The notes beneath the pieces are model-generated. The model saw only the letters and a list, made by a program, of their open reading frames with translations, ran no database searches and had not been told where the DNA came from. From the NCBI GenBank assembly GCA_040954595.2, contig CM082580.2, forward strand, positions 13,876,242 to 13,940,241: a stretch of 64,000 nt of DNA, written 5' to 3'. The number at the start of each line of letters is the position of its first letter. Positions within the stretch are counted from its first letter, which is position 1. The DNA is from Balanoglossus misakiensis. Taxonomy: Eukaryota > Animalia > Hemichordata. Of the stretch, positions 12,993-25,461 are shown piece by piece. The translations under genes and the position numbers were made by a program.

Positions 12993-14652
12993 ATGCCGAA
13001 ACCAGCGAAGAAAATCGCCAGGTCAGCAAAGACGCACACAAGCACTACCAAAACAGACAAACGCGGTGTGTCTTCAGCGAAGAAGCGAAAAATCACTGAA
13101 CGTGAGAGCCGGAGCCCACCCGCGAAAAAGACCAAGAAACCAACCAAAAAGGAAACCGACAAGCCAGCAAAGACGCATACAAGCGGCGTTGGCAAAGCAG
13201 GTAACTAACATAGCAACGCTGTCAATTTCGGTGTCAATTGCGTTCGGTTGCCAGTTTTCTCACGGACTGGCGATCTGTCTCGTAGGACCACGCACGTGCA
13301 CAGGCCTTCAGCCATGGTTTTTGCACATGTCCACTTTGTAGTGTCGGGTCACAGGTCATCCAAGATAAAGCATATGCAGTAGACTCGCTAGTGTTATCGC
13401 AAGACAACAAATTTTGTAATTTATGCAGTATAGTCGGGGAAAAAGTTTATTGAACATCTTTTTTGTGCATGGTTGTAAGAGTGGACATTGAGCCATGGTC
13501 TTTGGTGATTAGACCCAATCACTTGGACGTTATTTCATTTTCCTCAGGATCTGATCTGGACTTGCTCTTGTATATGAATGACAAAAACTGGAAGGAGAAA
13601 ATTGAAGAAGTGTTGGCTGCAGATGAGAAATTGAACAATATCTTCAGAGATATTGAAAAGGGTCTGAGTCAAGCTTATAAGCAGAAGAAAACTATCTTTC
13701 CACCCAAGGAAACAATATTCAATGCGTTTCATCTGACTCCCATCAACAAAGTAAGTATTTATTGAAAAATTGTCCCATTTATCTCCCCTCAGTCACTGTT
13801 GGTTGTCCACTCCCAACATTACTCACACACGTACAGTCTTTACAGAAATTCGTCAGTTTTCTTTTCTTTTCTCTTATGCAGCTGAAGGTTGTTATACTTG
13901 GCCAGGATCCATATCATGATGACGGTCAGGTAAGCGATGACCATATTGTATTTTGTGTTATTTTCAGTCCGTCCTGTAGAGGGCGCTGCATACGTACCCG
14001 TGCTGAGATTCTCTGATACTGCTATATCACCGATCATGACATAAACTTGCTTTTCCCCTTCCTATCATAACAGGCTATGGGATTGGCATTCTCTGTTCCA
14101 AAGGGCATTGCTCCTCCGCCGTCACTGAAAAATATCTACAAGGAGATGAAAATCGAATATCCTGAATTCACTCCACCTGATCATGGATCCTTGGAAAGAT
14201 GGGCAGAGCAGGGAGTTCTGCTTCTCAATGCAACTCTCACAGTAGAGTAAGTCATCACCATGGTTATGGATTTTTTTTTAATTTGAGAGGGAGGGCCCGT
14301 GTTTGCAATGTGGTACACATCAAGGCTGAACGATGACAAAGAAAGTTGTTTTATCATCTCTACTTTCAGAGCACACCAGCCAAATTCCCATGCCAAAATA
14401 GGATGGCAGAAATTCACGGATGCAGTCATCAAGATTATCAACAACCACTGCAAAGGTGTTGTTTTCATCCTGTGGGGAGGATTTGCGCAGAAGAAAGGAA
14501 AAATAATTGATGGAAGCAAACATGTCATTATCAACACAGCTCACCCTTCACCGTTGTCATTCAATAAATTCTTGAATTGTGGCTGCTTTATAAAGGCCAA
14601 CGATGCATTGAAGAAAGCTGGTCAAAGTCCAATAGATTGGACTGATTTATAG
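12993..14652 (+). CDS. UNG: Family-1 uracil-DNA glycosylase with Lys-rich N-terminal extension
   Basis: Exons 12993-13200, 13548-13750, 13882-13929, 14074-14246, 14370-14652 (304 aa). Motifs: [40 protein letters not shown]. Confidence 0.93.
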
Positions 14653-16116
14653 CAAGAACAAGAAGCAGAGAAAGAGTGAGGGAGAGGGAGGAGCTGTCTA
14701 ACAGACACACTCTCATTATATCTTCTTTCAATGATGATTTATCCGGTTGGGGGCGGGTTGGCAGTGTGTCTGTTCATAGCAAAGTCAGTGGTAGGCGAGT
14801 GTTAATATATTTCTTTTGCCATACGCAACACGCGGTAATACTTTCTACATGTTATTAGTTTATTGACACGAACACTGAAAATTATTTAGTATTTACATAA
14901 CGAACAAGGATGTACATAATAGCTTATTTAAAAGTCATATCAATATATACAGTAAAAACATGTTCACCTTTATTGGTGAAATATTTCTTATTTAGTTACA
15001 CTACAGATTGCTTTATAATAAAATACATATATTTTACAGAAAATGCACTAATACGTCATACGTGTATGGATACTCTGGAATGTATCAAACAATGGAAGCT
15101 AAATTTATTCTTCATACAAAATCAAATAGAAGACATCACAATGGACGTTCCAGTCACAATAAAATTATCTCTAAGGTTGAGTTTCTGTATACTTGACCTT
15201 TGACCTGTTTAGGAAAATAAATCTCTAGGTATTTAGGCAAACATTTATCTATACATGTCATTTCCAATAAAGTCCACCAGCTGTAACAGTCCATTGTCGA
15301 TTTATAGCAAATGCGTGCATTTAATCGTACACTGAGCATTGACTGTTGCCATGGCATCCGCCTCTTGGTGTCAACACGAGGATGGTAATGATGACATGAC
15401 CTGAAATGCTTACACATCGCTCTCACTCGGTCCCGTCACACGTGGAATTATTGACAATTGTTATTTGGAAATATTTTGGTCGTCATACTGGAAAGGTTTG
15501 CTATAACAATATTATACGAATTCGATCCATCGGATACAGTGTCACAAACTGACGTATGAAATACTTTAGCAGTACTGTTATAATATTTAAAAAAATGTAG
15601 GCTTGATTAAACTTAAGCTGTCTGGTGGCTCTCCCACGTGGTTAAATGGGAGACAAACAAAGAATGTAATATCATCATCTTGGCAACTTTATACCAGTTA
15701 TAAAATTTAGACCGAAGGTCACGTGATTGAGTTGTTCTCATTGAGATTTCACCACTATTTGTATTGTACGTTTTTTTTAAATTTGTCATCACATGATAAA
15801 TTTAACGACAATACTATCAGAAACCATCTTGTCGGAAGAGAAATATAAATAAAATATTAAAAAGCAGTTTTTGTTACTTTTCCGGGCGAATTGCCCAAGT
15901 GTACTATCAAATGATCAAGGTATCTCGAGAATATCGCGAAGACTTGATAACCCGGATGAAACAGGCTTAGGGTTCCAATTGCCCCGAAATTTGCATTGCA
16001 TACAAAGTTTCGGTTCTGGAGCGGCCATTGAAAATAAGAGGCAAAGCTAAATAATCGCATAATAGTATAAAGTACTGCAATTTGAGCTTTTGTGTAGATG
16101 CAATAGTTTTTCGCTC

Positions 16117-19057
16117 TTATTCCGAATACATCGGCTGCTTTGTCGCCAGGAAGGACAGCAGGAGTGACGTTGCCATGACGACCCACGGTAGCGGATGTGA
16201 CGTCGACGCTGTGTTACAGAAATCGCGATCATCGCAGCAGTTGACACAAACCCCAGTCTGGTTCAAATTTTGGCAAGTGGATATTTCGGTGCAGTTGAAG
16301 TGATAGAGGCATCCCCTGGTTACACTGGTGATTTTACCTGCAGCCGTTTGTTGTGTTTTCTGAAATCGAGAAAAAAAACGAGAGAAGACGTTTAGTTTGT
16401 CCATTTTTCTGAAGGAAGTCTTGCTTTTACTTGAATTATGTCAGAAAGAATTTAGCAAGAAATTGTCTCATTTGACCAACTTTTGATGAATACAAGAAAA
16501 TCTTAAGAATATTACAAGTAGCAAGTTCTTGCATAGGTCAATAATATACAACTGTACATATACACTGTATACCCAATAAACCCGAAATGATTCGGAATTA
16601 TCATTTTAATTGCACGCACCACATCAGTTCTGTGTTCACAAAACCGGGGTCGAGATATATCACATATTTGCATCGACATGCACAAGGGATTATTCAGAAA
16701 ACCACCGATTAGGTCGAGAAGAGAATGGGTTTGCAAGGTTACTGATTGAATTGCAAAACGCGTACGATTCTCTTGTTGATTTACACTTTCATGAATAACG
16801 GATTTACCGAGTTGTTGAGTTTCTTTCGGGTAGGCGCCAAATCTGTCCGTGTTTCTCTGACTGAGTTCAAAACGTGACTGCACGAATCTCAGTAACAATG
16901 GATTCCTTGTTCAGAAAAGAAAATCGGTGCAAATAACTGTAGCTGGCCTCTTGTCACCTGAATCGTCTTTGTTTGCATGGACGTCTTGAAGACGCTCACA
17001 GTGCACAGGCGTGACATTACATCGCCAGGCACTTTAGATTAACGTGTGGCTACTCCTTATTCCCACATAATGACACAGTCTTAGTCCAAATATCAAATAT
17101 ATCTCGAGAGATAAAGAGAAATAAATACTCACATGACACGATGGAAAAACTAGTTCACCTGCCACCTCGGTTGGACATCGTTGTTTTGTTGAAACGCTGG
17201 AAGGATCGTTTAAGCAATTGTCGATTGTCGACGAATCGTACCCGGAACATTTGTAACACATCAGGGCATCATCATCGAAGACTTCGAAATCTGAATTTGC
17301 CATCACTTCAACCGAGAACAAAAAATCGAGAAGATATAATTTTAACACCGCATAATTTACAGATTGGTCTGTATATACATTGGTACGTGCGAAAAGAACG
17401 AGTGTTTCGAGTTGGCGTCTTACAGTTTTTGTGAATATTTATTCTGCTGCGCGTCCCTTAACATGCGCCATATTTAGTATACCCTGTGGACATTTTAATG
17501 TTAAATACCCCTGATAAACTCCAAACCACAGAACGTGTAAATCTCTTTCTATCTGCCATTCTATATGTCTGTCTGTCTTGTCCTTTGTCCTTCTGTCCGA
17601 TTGTCTTGCTTGGTATTTCTGTGTGTATATTGTTTCCATCCAATCTCTGCATGTCCGCCGTTTATTTCTTTAATTTGTCTACCTGTCTGTATGCCTGTAT
17701 GTCTACCCATGGTCAACGTTCTTTATTTCCAATGAGAAAACACGGAAGACAGAAATGCGTACAATACTCCATGCAAGAATATTCACAACGGGAATGCTAT
17801 GGTTCTTCGACAAAATAAACTGAAAACCCGCCTCGGTGGGCCTTCGTCTCGCATATGCATACGGAACTACATTCCACTCTATTGAAAATATTTATAACAT
17901 TTACTGTATTATGTTTGTCGTTTTACTGATCTTAAACAAGAAGAAAGACGTATGTACAGTAAACGCGTTTGTTTAACTGCTGTTCGTGGTTCACTAACCA
18001 AAATGAATGCGTTTCTTTCGCCGATCAGGATTTTAACGCATAAGCTTATGCAAACACGGTATGGGCCTAGGCCTCCACATACGCGTTTAAAATGGAAACA
18101 CGCCTATGTGGCAAAATGAGAGATTCCTCTTTTTCATGATATATTATATATTTTTGACGGATGGAGCTTTTTATGGTCGAGTTAACGGATGCCTGTATCC
18201 GTTTCCATTCCTGAACCCAGCTGGCACGGAACGACCTCCGCCATGTTTGTTGCTAACTGTCTCTGCAAACAATGGCATCTTCGCTGTTTGAATGCAGTAA
18301 ACAAGTCGTTGACGCTCACAGCGGTTTTAAAGAGAGGACGCAGACATTTCTCGGCAGCTCATCGCTCATCGCGATGGCAATTTCAGACAAAACGGCCTTT
18401 TAAATAATAATTGTTATTCTAGAGAGAATTCAAAACGTAGAAAGTCGACAACCAATCCTTTATAAGATGACCAGGGTAGTAAACGTAGACAATCACATAT
18501 TTGTGTTTGTTTGTTTGTTTGTTTTCCCAGGGAAAGATATCCTTCTACTGTCAATAATTGTTAATGTAATATTGGTTTGATGGTGTTTGAAGTGTCACAG
18601 ATTCCAGCATGTTCATATTTCAGTCACATCTGCGCAGGCCTACATTTCTTTATCCGAGGGTCGAGTCATTCAGGGCTGTGGTTTATGTGCTTACATTCAG
18701 TCGAAAAAAAAAACCAATCGTTTCAACAGAAGTCGAAATGTAATTCATTTGCCCGTTCATAAATGTCGGAATTAGAGCTTTTTATACAGGGGATGATATT
18801 GGTTTAGTTAGCATGTGTGAGACTGACGTCCTTTCGTCGGTAAATTTTATGGCTGCAATTGAGGTGATTTTTATGGCAATTTTACGGCAATTGATACAAC
18901 ATTGTCTTGTCAATACCAGTGGGATACTCTTACAAGACAAGACTTTGTGTAATCAACTGAAACAAAATAAACACTCACCTGAGAGCGACGAAATGTAAAA
19001 AATCAGCAAATATACCGAAGAGAGGAGGCAGCGAGAGTAAACTGTTTGGACGGCCAT
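16117..19057 (-). CDS. Ly6/uPAR (three-finger) GPI-anchored protein, quiver/sleepless-like
   Basis: Exons 19057-18979 (signal peptide MAVQTVYSRCLLSSVYLLIFYISSLS), 17305-17133 (LMCYKC...C...C...C) and 16359-16117 (TRGC...CCDDRDFCN plus a hydrophobic GPI-type tail). Total 495 nt, in frame. Confidence 0.8.
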
Positions 19058-19979
19058 GTTGGTTTTCTATGTGTCTGATTGTGGCTATACGCTGATTGGA
19101 GTTCGATCTGGTGGTGTATATCAAAACACAATGCCTCTGACATCTGCCGACGGCTGCGGCTATGCTAGGCGAGTCAAACCGTTGCCCGAGCTATTCAAGG
19201 TATACTAACACGCATTCATCGCCGTGGTTGAATAAAGCTCGGTCCCGACGCCTCATGCATAATAAAAGGTCGGAACAAAAAAAGAGAATACTTTTCAACG
19301 CAGTTGGGAAGGCAAATTCTATTGTGGATATTGTCCCAGAGGGATAATGAGGAATCGGACAACCTTCATTACGAATTCTAAGTGTCAGTCACAATCGTAT
19401 CCTTAGTGCTATCACTCATGCGAAAAACTAAAAGAAAAAAGTATCGATGGAGAAAGTAACGACGTCACTGTGTTTGATTCAACTATGAACGTTCATGGGC
19501 GTACTGTAGTTATTTCGTAAACGTCCGTTGAATGATACACAGGAATTGTTCTCGAGACCCGTTCCTTCCATGATTCGTGACGTCAGTTCTGATTTACTTA
19601 CAGAGAAGATTGTAAATCGACCTCGACCTTAGCGCGAAGCATCTGCACCTGTTGCAGGTAAAAAATAAAACGGTCGAAAACACGCGGAGTGTAAGTACAC
19701 CTGCAGAGTTGCATAGAAAAACCAGAGGCCGAGTTTGGTTCTCGGAATTTCTGGGCAATTTTTATGGACACAACACTTGTCGCTGAGATAATCATCGGGG
19801 CCGTTGGCCTTTGCCGCGTGGCCCTTTGACACTTAATAGAGCTGGTGGTGAGGATCTGCTGAGAAACCTTGCTCTTTACATCTGCGTTTTTTTCTCCCTA
19901 AATAGACTTCTCAAATGTCCCCGAGAGGGGCGAGCTTTAATCAGTCCAAGCGTCTCCCCATACTTATTGAGATACCAAA

Positions 19980-20299
19980 GCTCGTCAACAACTTGAAGCG
20001 ACGGAAAGTTCAAGAGATGGCGGCAAGGCTCAGGAATTTGATTCGACTGGTGAAGTATTGGCACAAAACTGTCGTCTTGCCCATGTCGAGGGGTGGTATG
20101 ATGTACCCGACGTCTTATCCAATGGAGCTGATTACCATCCACGTCTGGGAGACAGCTGGAAAGCCGGCTTGGTTTAATATGGTGATGCTTTCAAAGCGGC
20201 ACTCCAACAGGTGTCCAACTTTCGCGCCCTCAACGTCAAGTGGTATGATCATTACAGCATGCAGGGACGTCGCCGGCCAAGCAACAGGGCGTTTGCAAG
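19980..20299 (+). pseudogene. OAS pseudogene remnant (copy of the C-lobe exon)
   Basis: ARLRNLIRLVKYWHKTVVLP...YPTSYPMELITIHVWETAG is highly similar to 24830-24960. A frameshift near 20187 is followed by FKAALQQVSNFRALNVKWYDHY, ending at the same donor position (caag|gt). No intact P-loop exon was found upstream. Confidence 0.8.
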
Positions 20300-20763
20300 G
20301 TAGAGTTGAAACAGAATGTTTTCCTTGTGATTATATGTGTCAGATAAGATTAATTGTGAGGTGTGATCGAAAATTATCCCGTATAGGCCTACCTATACTA
20401 ATGTAGGCCTAAATAATATAGCTACCAATAATGCCAATATGCATGCAGAGGTGTCAAAACACAAACTTGAAGAACAGCAATTAATCCTCAAAGCAAAGAC
20501 AGGCTTGCAAAAGGCACATATATGTGCTAGCACACAACCATGGAATGAACGCTACAGGCTTCAGTGAAGCGTTGTACCGTATCCTATGTTTTGTTTGTGT
20601 GCGGTTTTTTCTGTCACTGGTGTCAGTGGGTGTCTTCTATCTGACCTCTGACCTCGCCGCCAGACACAATAACTCATAAAATCAATTTTATGTCCATATT
20701 TTTTTACTGTGATTTATTCGTGGTTGCTTGACAATGACACCCATTCTTCTTCCCTAGACCTAT

Positions 20764-20919
20764 ATGATGCATCACGCACCACTTTCAACTACTTTAATTC
20801 ACATGATGCATCACGCACCACTTTCAACTACTTTAATTCACATGATGCATCACGCACCACTTTCAACTACTTTAATTCACATGATGCATCACGCACCACT
20901 TTCAACTACTTTAATTCAC
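20764..20919. repeat. Tandem repeat, 4 perfect copies of a 39-bp unit
   Basis: ATGATGCATCACGCACCACTTTCAACTACTTTAATTCAC starting at 20764, 20803, 20842 and 20881. Confidence 0.97.
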
Positions 20920-21064
20920 CCGAATCCGCAATTTCAAAGGAATATGTTTATTCAAACTATGCGTCATAGGTTGACCTGTAGATAACCACATCATATTAAA
21001 TCGAACAAATGTTCTGTAGACCATATGTGATCAGGTACCATATACTGCGACGGAACTGCCATTA

Positions 21065-21078
21065 GTTTCCATGGCAAC
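21065..21078. promoter_or_regulatory. RFX X-box consensus GTTTCCATGGCAAC
   Basis: Near-perfect X-box palindrome read directly; its target gene is unclear. Confidence 0.35.
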
Positions 21079-22478
21079 ACTTCTATTGATGTACTAGTTT
21101 TCCTTGAAAATACCGTTCCTTTTATACATCCAGAGGTGATCAATCTTATAATGTATGTTACCATCAATATAGTGATATTAATTTCAGTCAGTGGACTGTT
21201 GTATTACATTTTAGTTTTAGACTCCTTTTAATTTTGATTCTGTAATTACTTTGCATATTTTGTGGTTGTGTTTCACTGCTATATGCGAAATAATCCAATC
21301 TGCTTTGACGTATAAATTTGATAAGGTGCGGTATTAACATCGACATTCCATAGAAGCTATTTGTTTCGTGTTGATAACTATACGCGTCTATGAATTGGAC
21401 TTTGGTTTTTGGGGTATCATATTTGTCTTCAAATGTGCTCTCGCGGTACGTTATTTTAAACTTGTGCTGGCTGCCTTCACACAGTACCGTCAACCATAGA
21501 CAGTACTGTCTATGCGTCAACGACCAGTTTCCAAAATTGAATCACGCGTCTTTGGTTGATAGTCACACTTCAGCTTGGATGACGTTTGGATACAAGCTGA
21601 AGTAATACCCGGTAAAGAATTTCCAGTAAATTGCAAATGTAGGTCGACATCGATTGATTGACGCCGAAATAATCGATTTCTTTCATTTCCGAGAAACGGT
21701 GTTGTGTCGTTGGCATTTCGTGCCATTGGCTGATTAACTATACGAGTGCGCGTCGTCTCCGCCCCGCGGCAATTGTGTATAGCTAGGCAACAAGCATCAG
21801 AAGTCCAAAACGTGCGGTTACCAGTGCTGGGTTGAGGTCGCCTTAAAAATGTGTGAAACTGATCGGGGAGGGGAAGGGGTATAAACAAGTTCTTGAATTT
21901 GATAAAATATGTGCATTTGACCATTGTCAGCCCGTTTTATTTACAAACGGTCGGCATGATTCAGAATTACCTCCAAGGCACGAGGCACTTCATATTTCGC
22001 AGTCACGGATGCCCACACCCTGCACATGTAGTCTGGTCGAGTCCGTCTCCACCCTTTTCACAAAATGGTACAACCTATGAAAAACTACACTTGAAGGCAA
22101 CCAGTCCGCTCGTATAGGGTGGTATTGAACCTTTCAAGCATGCAAATTACACCTACTTTTCCATAGCAAATGATTAGTGCCTGAAATGATTAAAATGCAC
22201 ACATCAATGTTAAAATCAGAACGTTCAGTGCTGGGTTCGCCTATCCGGTAATACCAGACAATACCTGACAGTTCCTGGACAGTCCCTGGGCGGTCCCAGG
22301 TGGTCATTAGGAGAACCGTTACCAAAATAAAGATATGACCTCTGATTGTAATGTAGACTCTTGTTATTCACTCAAAGGACTTTTCAGGTCGAGGAGCGTA
22401 AAAAACTCGGTAATCTGGTTATTCGTCGTGTAGCTGTTTTCAGTTCGAGGAGCGGATTTTACTGCATAATCTCTCAGG

Positions 22479-22730
22479 ATGGCGACTTCCACCGATCAAG
22501 GTAATTAACACTATACGAACTATTTCGCAATATTTCTTTAGGTCAATGTGTGAGAGAGGAAAGTGACGTATAGAATTGGTCATCTGGTCAAGCACTGTTT
22601 AAGCAACTACATGTATAGCTATTTACGGCCATGTTACTGAATGTATACTTTCGTCACCTGTCTATGATTAACACGGTGTCACCCTGTCTGTAGTCTGAAA
22701 TTGAGAGGCACTGTCCATCTACCTACCTAT

Positions 22731-22792
<62 letters not shown>

Positions 22793-25461
22793 ATACGCCA
22801 CATTGTTGGGATGGCGCGAGTCATATATAGACGGAACCATGTTGGTCTAAACATTCAACAATGAAATCACAGTATCATTGAGATCACTGACCTTTCGTAT
22901 TGAGTTATACGCTATGGTGTAGACATTTAAGTACCGTCATTGTACGGGCTTGTACCAGCTTGCGTTTAAATAATGGCCGAATTCCTCCCCCAATAGCTGT
23001 GATCTTATAAGCGAAACCCAAGCGGCCACATTGGCACCGTGATATATTAAGATGAGTTCTGCTCTGTGAGTTGTAAAGGGTGATTTTTTCTTATTCAGTA
23101 ATATTTGATACGGAATAGCGAAAGCTGCCATTAAACTTTGGCGTTACCTGAGACTCCCAGTCGCGTCAGGTGAACAAATGGTGTCAGTGCTAGTTATTCC
23201 ATACTGCCTACAATGTATTTTGTAAATGACCTTGTCTCTTGTGTCCCTGACATTTCTGAGTCTAAATGCCGACGAACCTCGCTGACAATAATACGAGTGG
23301 TGATTAAAATGAAGTTAAAAGCGAATGTTTGTTTGGGCGGAAACGTTAAGAGACAAATGCCGAGCAGTTTTTGGTTGACCTGTTTTCGTATCGCTAGGCA
23401 ATAATTGAGTATTATTAGGACAAAGTGTATAACTGTGCCGTGTTTGTCTCCATTTTGTACGGTACGACGACAGGCGATAGACAAAACGTATGGCGTAGTG
23501 CAGAAGGGATCGAAACATACTTTACAGTAATCATTGATAGACCATTGGAAAGGGTTTGAGTATTTTTCGTGACGTTGACATGGCAACGCATTAGTGTGAG
23601 GCACAGAGTTTGTGGGCAGGTTCCAACATTGTGCCAGTGATATAAAAATGTTGTAAGTGGGTGTTAAATAAGGACAGAGGAGACCGCGACCAATTTGGAA
23701 CAATTCAAAATGAAAACCTCAAGGCCTAAGTCCAACAAACCCTACACTCTCTGCCCCCCCCCCTGTATATCTGGGTTCCCAGTGCTTGTACATGACTGTA
23801 CATGTTCAGATAATTGACGGTTGTCTTAAACACTCTCACAGCCCCTCAACTGCATTAAATCATGCATTAAAGCTTCCATGACTAAACCAATACCACTTAC
23901 AACCAGGAAAGCTTTAGTGGTTGGCTAGAATTACAAAGTGCTATGCGCTGTGAGAGAGTCTACGGTTTACTATAAAAACTGCGCATGCCTGACATCATCT
24001 TCATCTTTCCTTGCAGAGATTCCTAATTTCCTGAATGAATCAGCGTACAGCCTGGAAAACTGGCTTGAGACACACTTACAACCGACGCAAGAGTTTAATC
24101 GGTATTCGAAAGATGTGATTGACAGGCTAATCAATTTTCTGCAACACAATTCACCCTACAGCATCAAACGTGTGATAAAGGTAAAACAAATTGAAACTTT
24201 ATTGGAATACATCACAAAATTGTACCAAATGAATTGTATTCAAAGAGATACTGCAGGAAAATTTAGTGCATGAAAAAACCATCCTGTTGTAATTTCTCTT
24301 GTTGTAATTCTACCTCAGTCTGGCTCTTTTGGAAAAGGCACCCAAGTTAAAGGAAGTTCGGATCTGGACTGCGTAATGGTATTGAACGAGATCAAGGATG
24401 TCTCAGATCTCAAACATCGTATTCATGACATCTTACAAGAACTTCAAAAGCTCCTCAAGCGGTCAACTTGGGCAAATAATATCCGTGTTGAGAAAATCTC
24501 ACGTTTTGCGGTGCAGTTTGACGTCACAGTACGAACCGAGAAGCTGTCGGTTGATCTGCTGCCAACGTTTGATTTGTTAGGTGAAAATCCGACTAGAGGT
24601 AAAGATATCAATTATGACAGTAAATTATTCCTACTAAGAGAAACATGTTTTACTTTGTGATTTAGCTTTTGAAACCAATGCAACGAATAGACATCGCACT
24701 GAACTTTTCTTTCAGGTCTGAAAGACCAGACGTTTCAGCAAATGTTGACTTCAATGAAAGGCGATGATGCTGAATACTACTCTGTAGCAGCCAGCCAGTT
24801 ACAAATAGACTTCGTTGGGAGGCAGACGGCAAGGTTGAAGAACTTGATTCGATTGATCAAGCATTGGCGGAAGTCTGTCGTTCTGCCACAATGGAAGGGT
24901 GGTAGGTACCCAACATCGTATCCATTGGAGTTGATCACGATCCACGTCTGGGAAAAGGCAGGAAGATCGTCGTCCTTTGACATGGCTGTAGGCTTCAGGG
25001 CCGTGCTACAGCAGTTGGTCAGCTATCGCGCCCTCAACGTCATCTGGTATGACCACTATGGTAAAAGTATCGCGGACCAGGTAACAAGTAAAATGCAAAG
25101 GTAAATTTCGTTTTACTTGATATTGGTGTACAGATACGGCCATCTTTAAAATTGTGATAAACACGGCCCTAGCCTCTTCTGATTTTCAGAGACACTTTTT
25201 CATATGTTTTTCATAGATTTAGTCCACGACCCATACTTTGCATGGTTCTCATATTAGAAGTGATATCCTCATGCAATAATGACTTATAAGCTTGTCAATA
25301 TTGTTTTCTCCGATAGGCCGATACTACTGGACCCGGCCAACCCGACAAATAACGTGATGTTGGCCAGTTCCACGGAGGCCTGGGACCATGTATCACGCAT
25401 CGCTTCTGACACGATAACCAAGCCTCTACTTCGTAATGTTCGTGTTCCACCAATTTGGTAA
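22479..25461 (+). CDS. 2'-5'-oligoadenylate synthetase, single domain, catalytic residues intact (331 aa)
   Basis: Exons 22479-22500, 24017-24180, 24319-24598, 24716-25100, 25317-25461. P-loop SGSFGKGT, SDLDCV (two Asp), SVDLLPTFD (third Asp), LKNLIRLIKHW, SYPLELITIHVWE, RPILLDPANPTNNV. The short first exon is inferred. Confidence 0.92.
22731..22792. repeat. Compound (TC)n(TATC)n microsatellite in OAS intron 1
   Basis: Read directly. Confidence 0.95.

Noticed and set aside
16958-16990. Possible extra small exon in the Ly6 gene
   Set aside because: The flanking exons already join in frame to give a complete cysteine pattern, and the acceptor is weak.
20764-20919. CRISPR-like array or repeat-encoded peptide (HDASRTTFNYFNS)n
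   Set aside because: The units are contiguous with no spacers and no cas genes, in a eukaryotic context. The ORFs arise only because 39 is a multiple of 3.
22370-22455. NF-kB-like (GGACTTTTC) and IRF-like (TTTTCAGTTCG) sites near the OAS start
   Set aside because: Short, imperfect matches that are expected by chance in AT-rich DNA.
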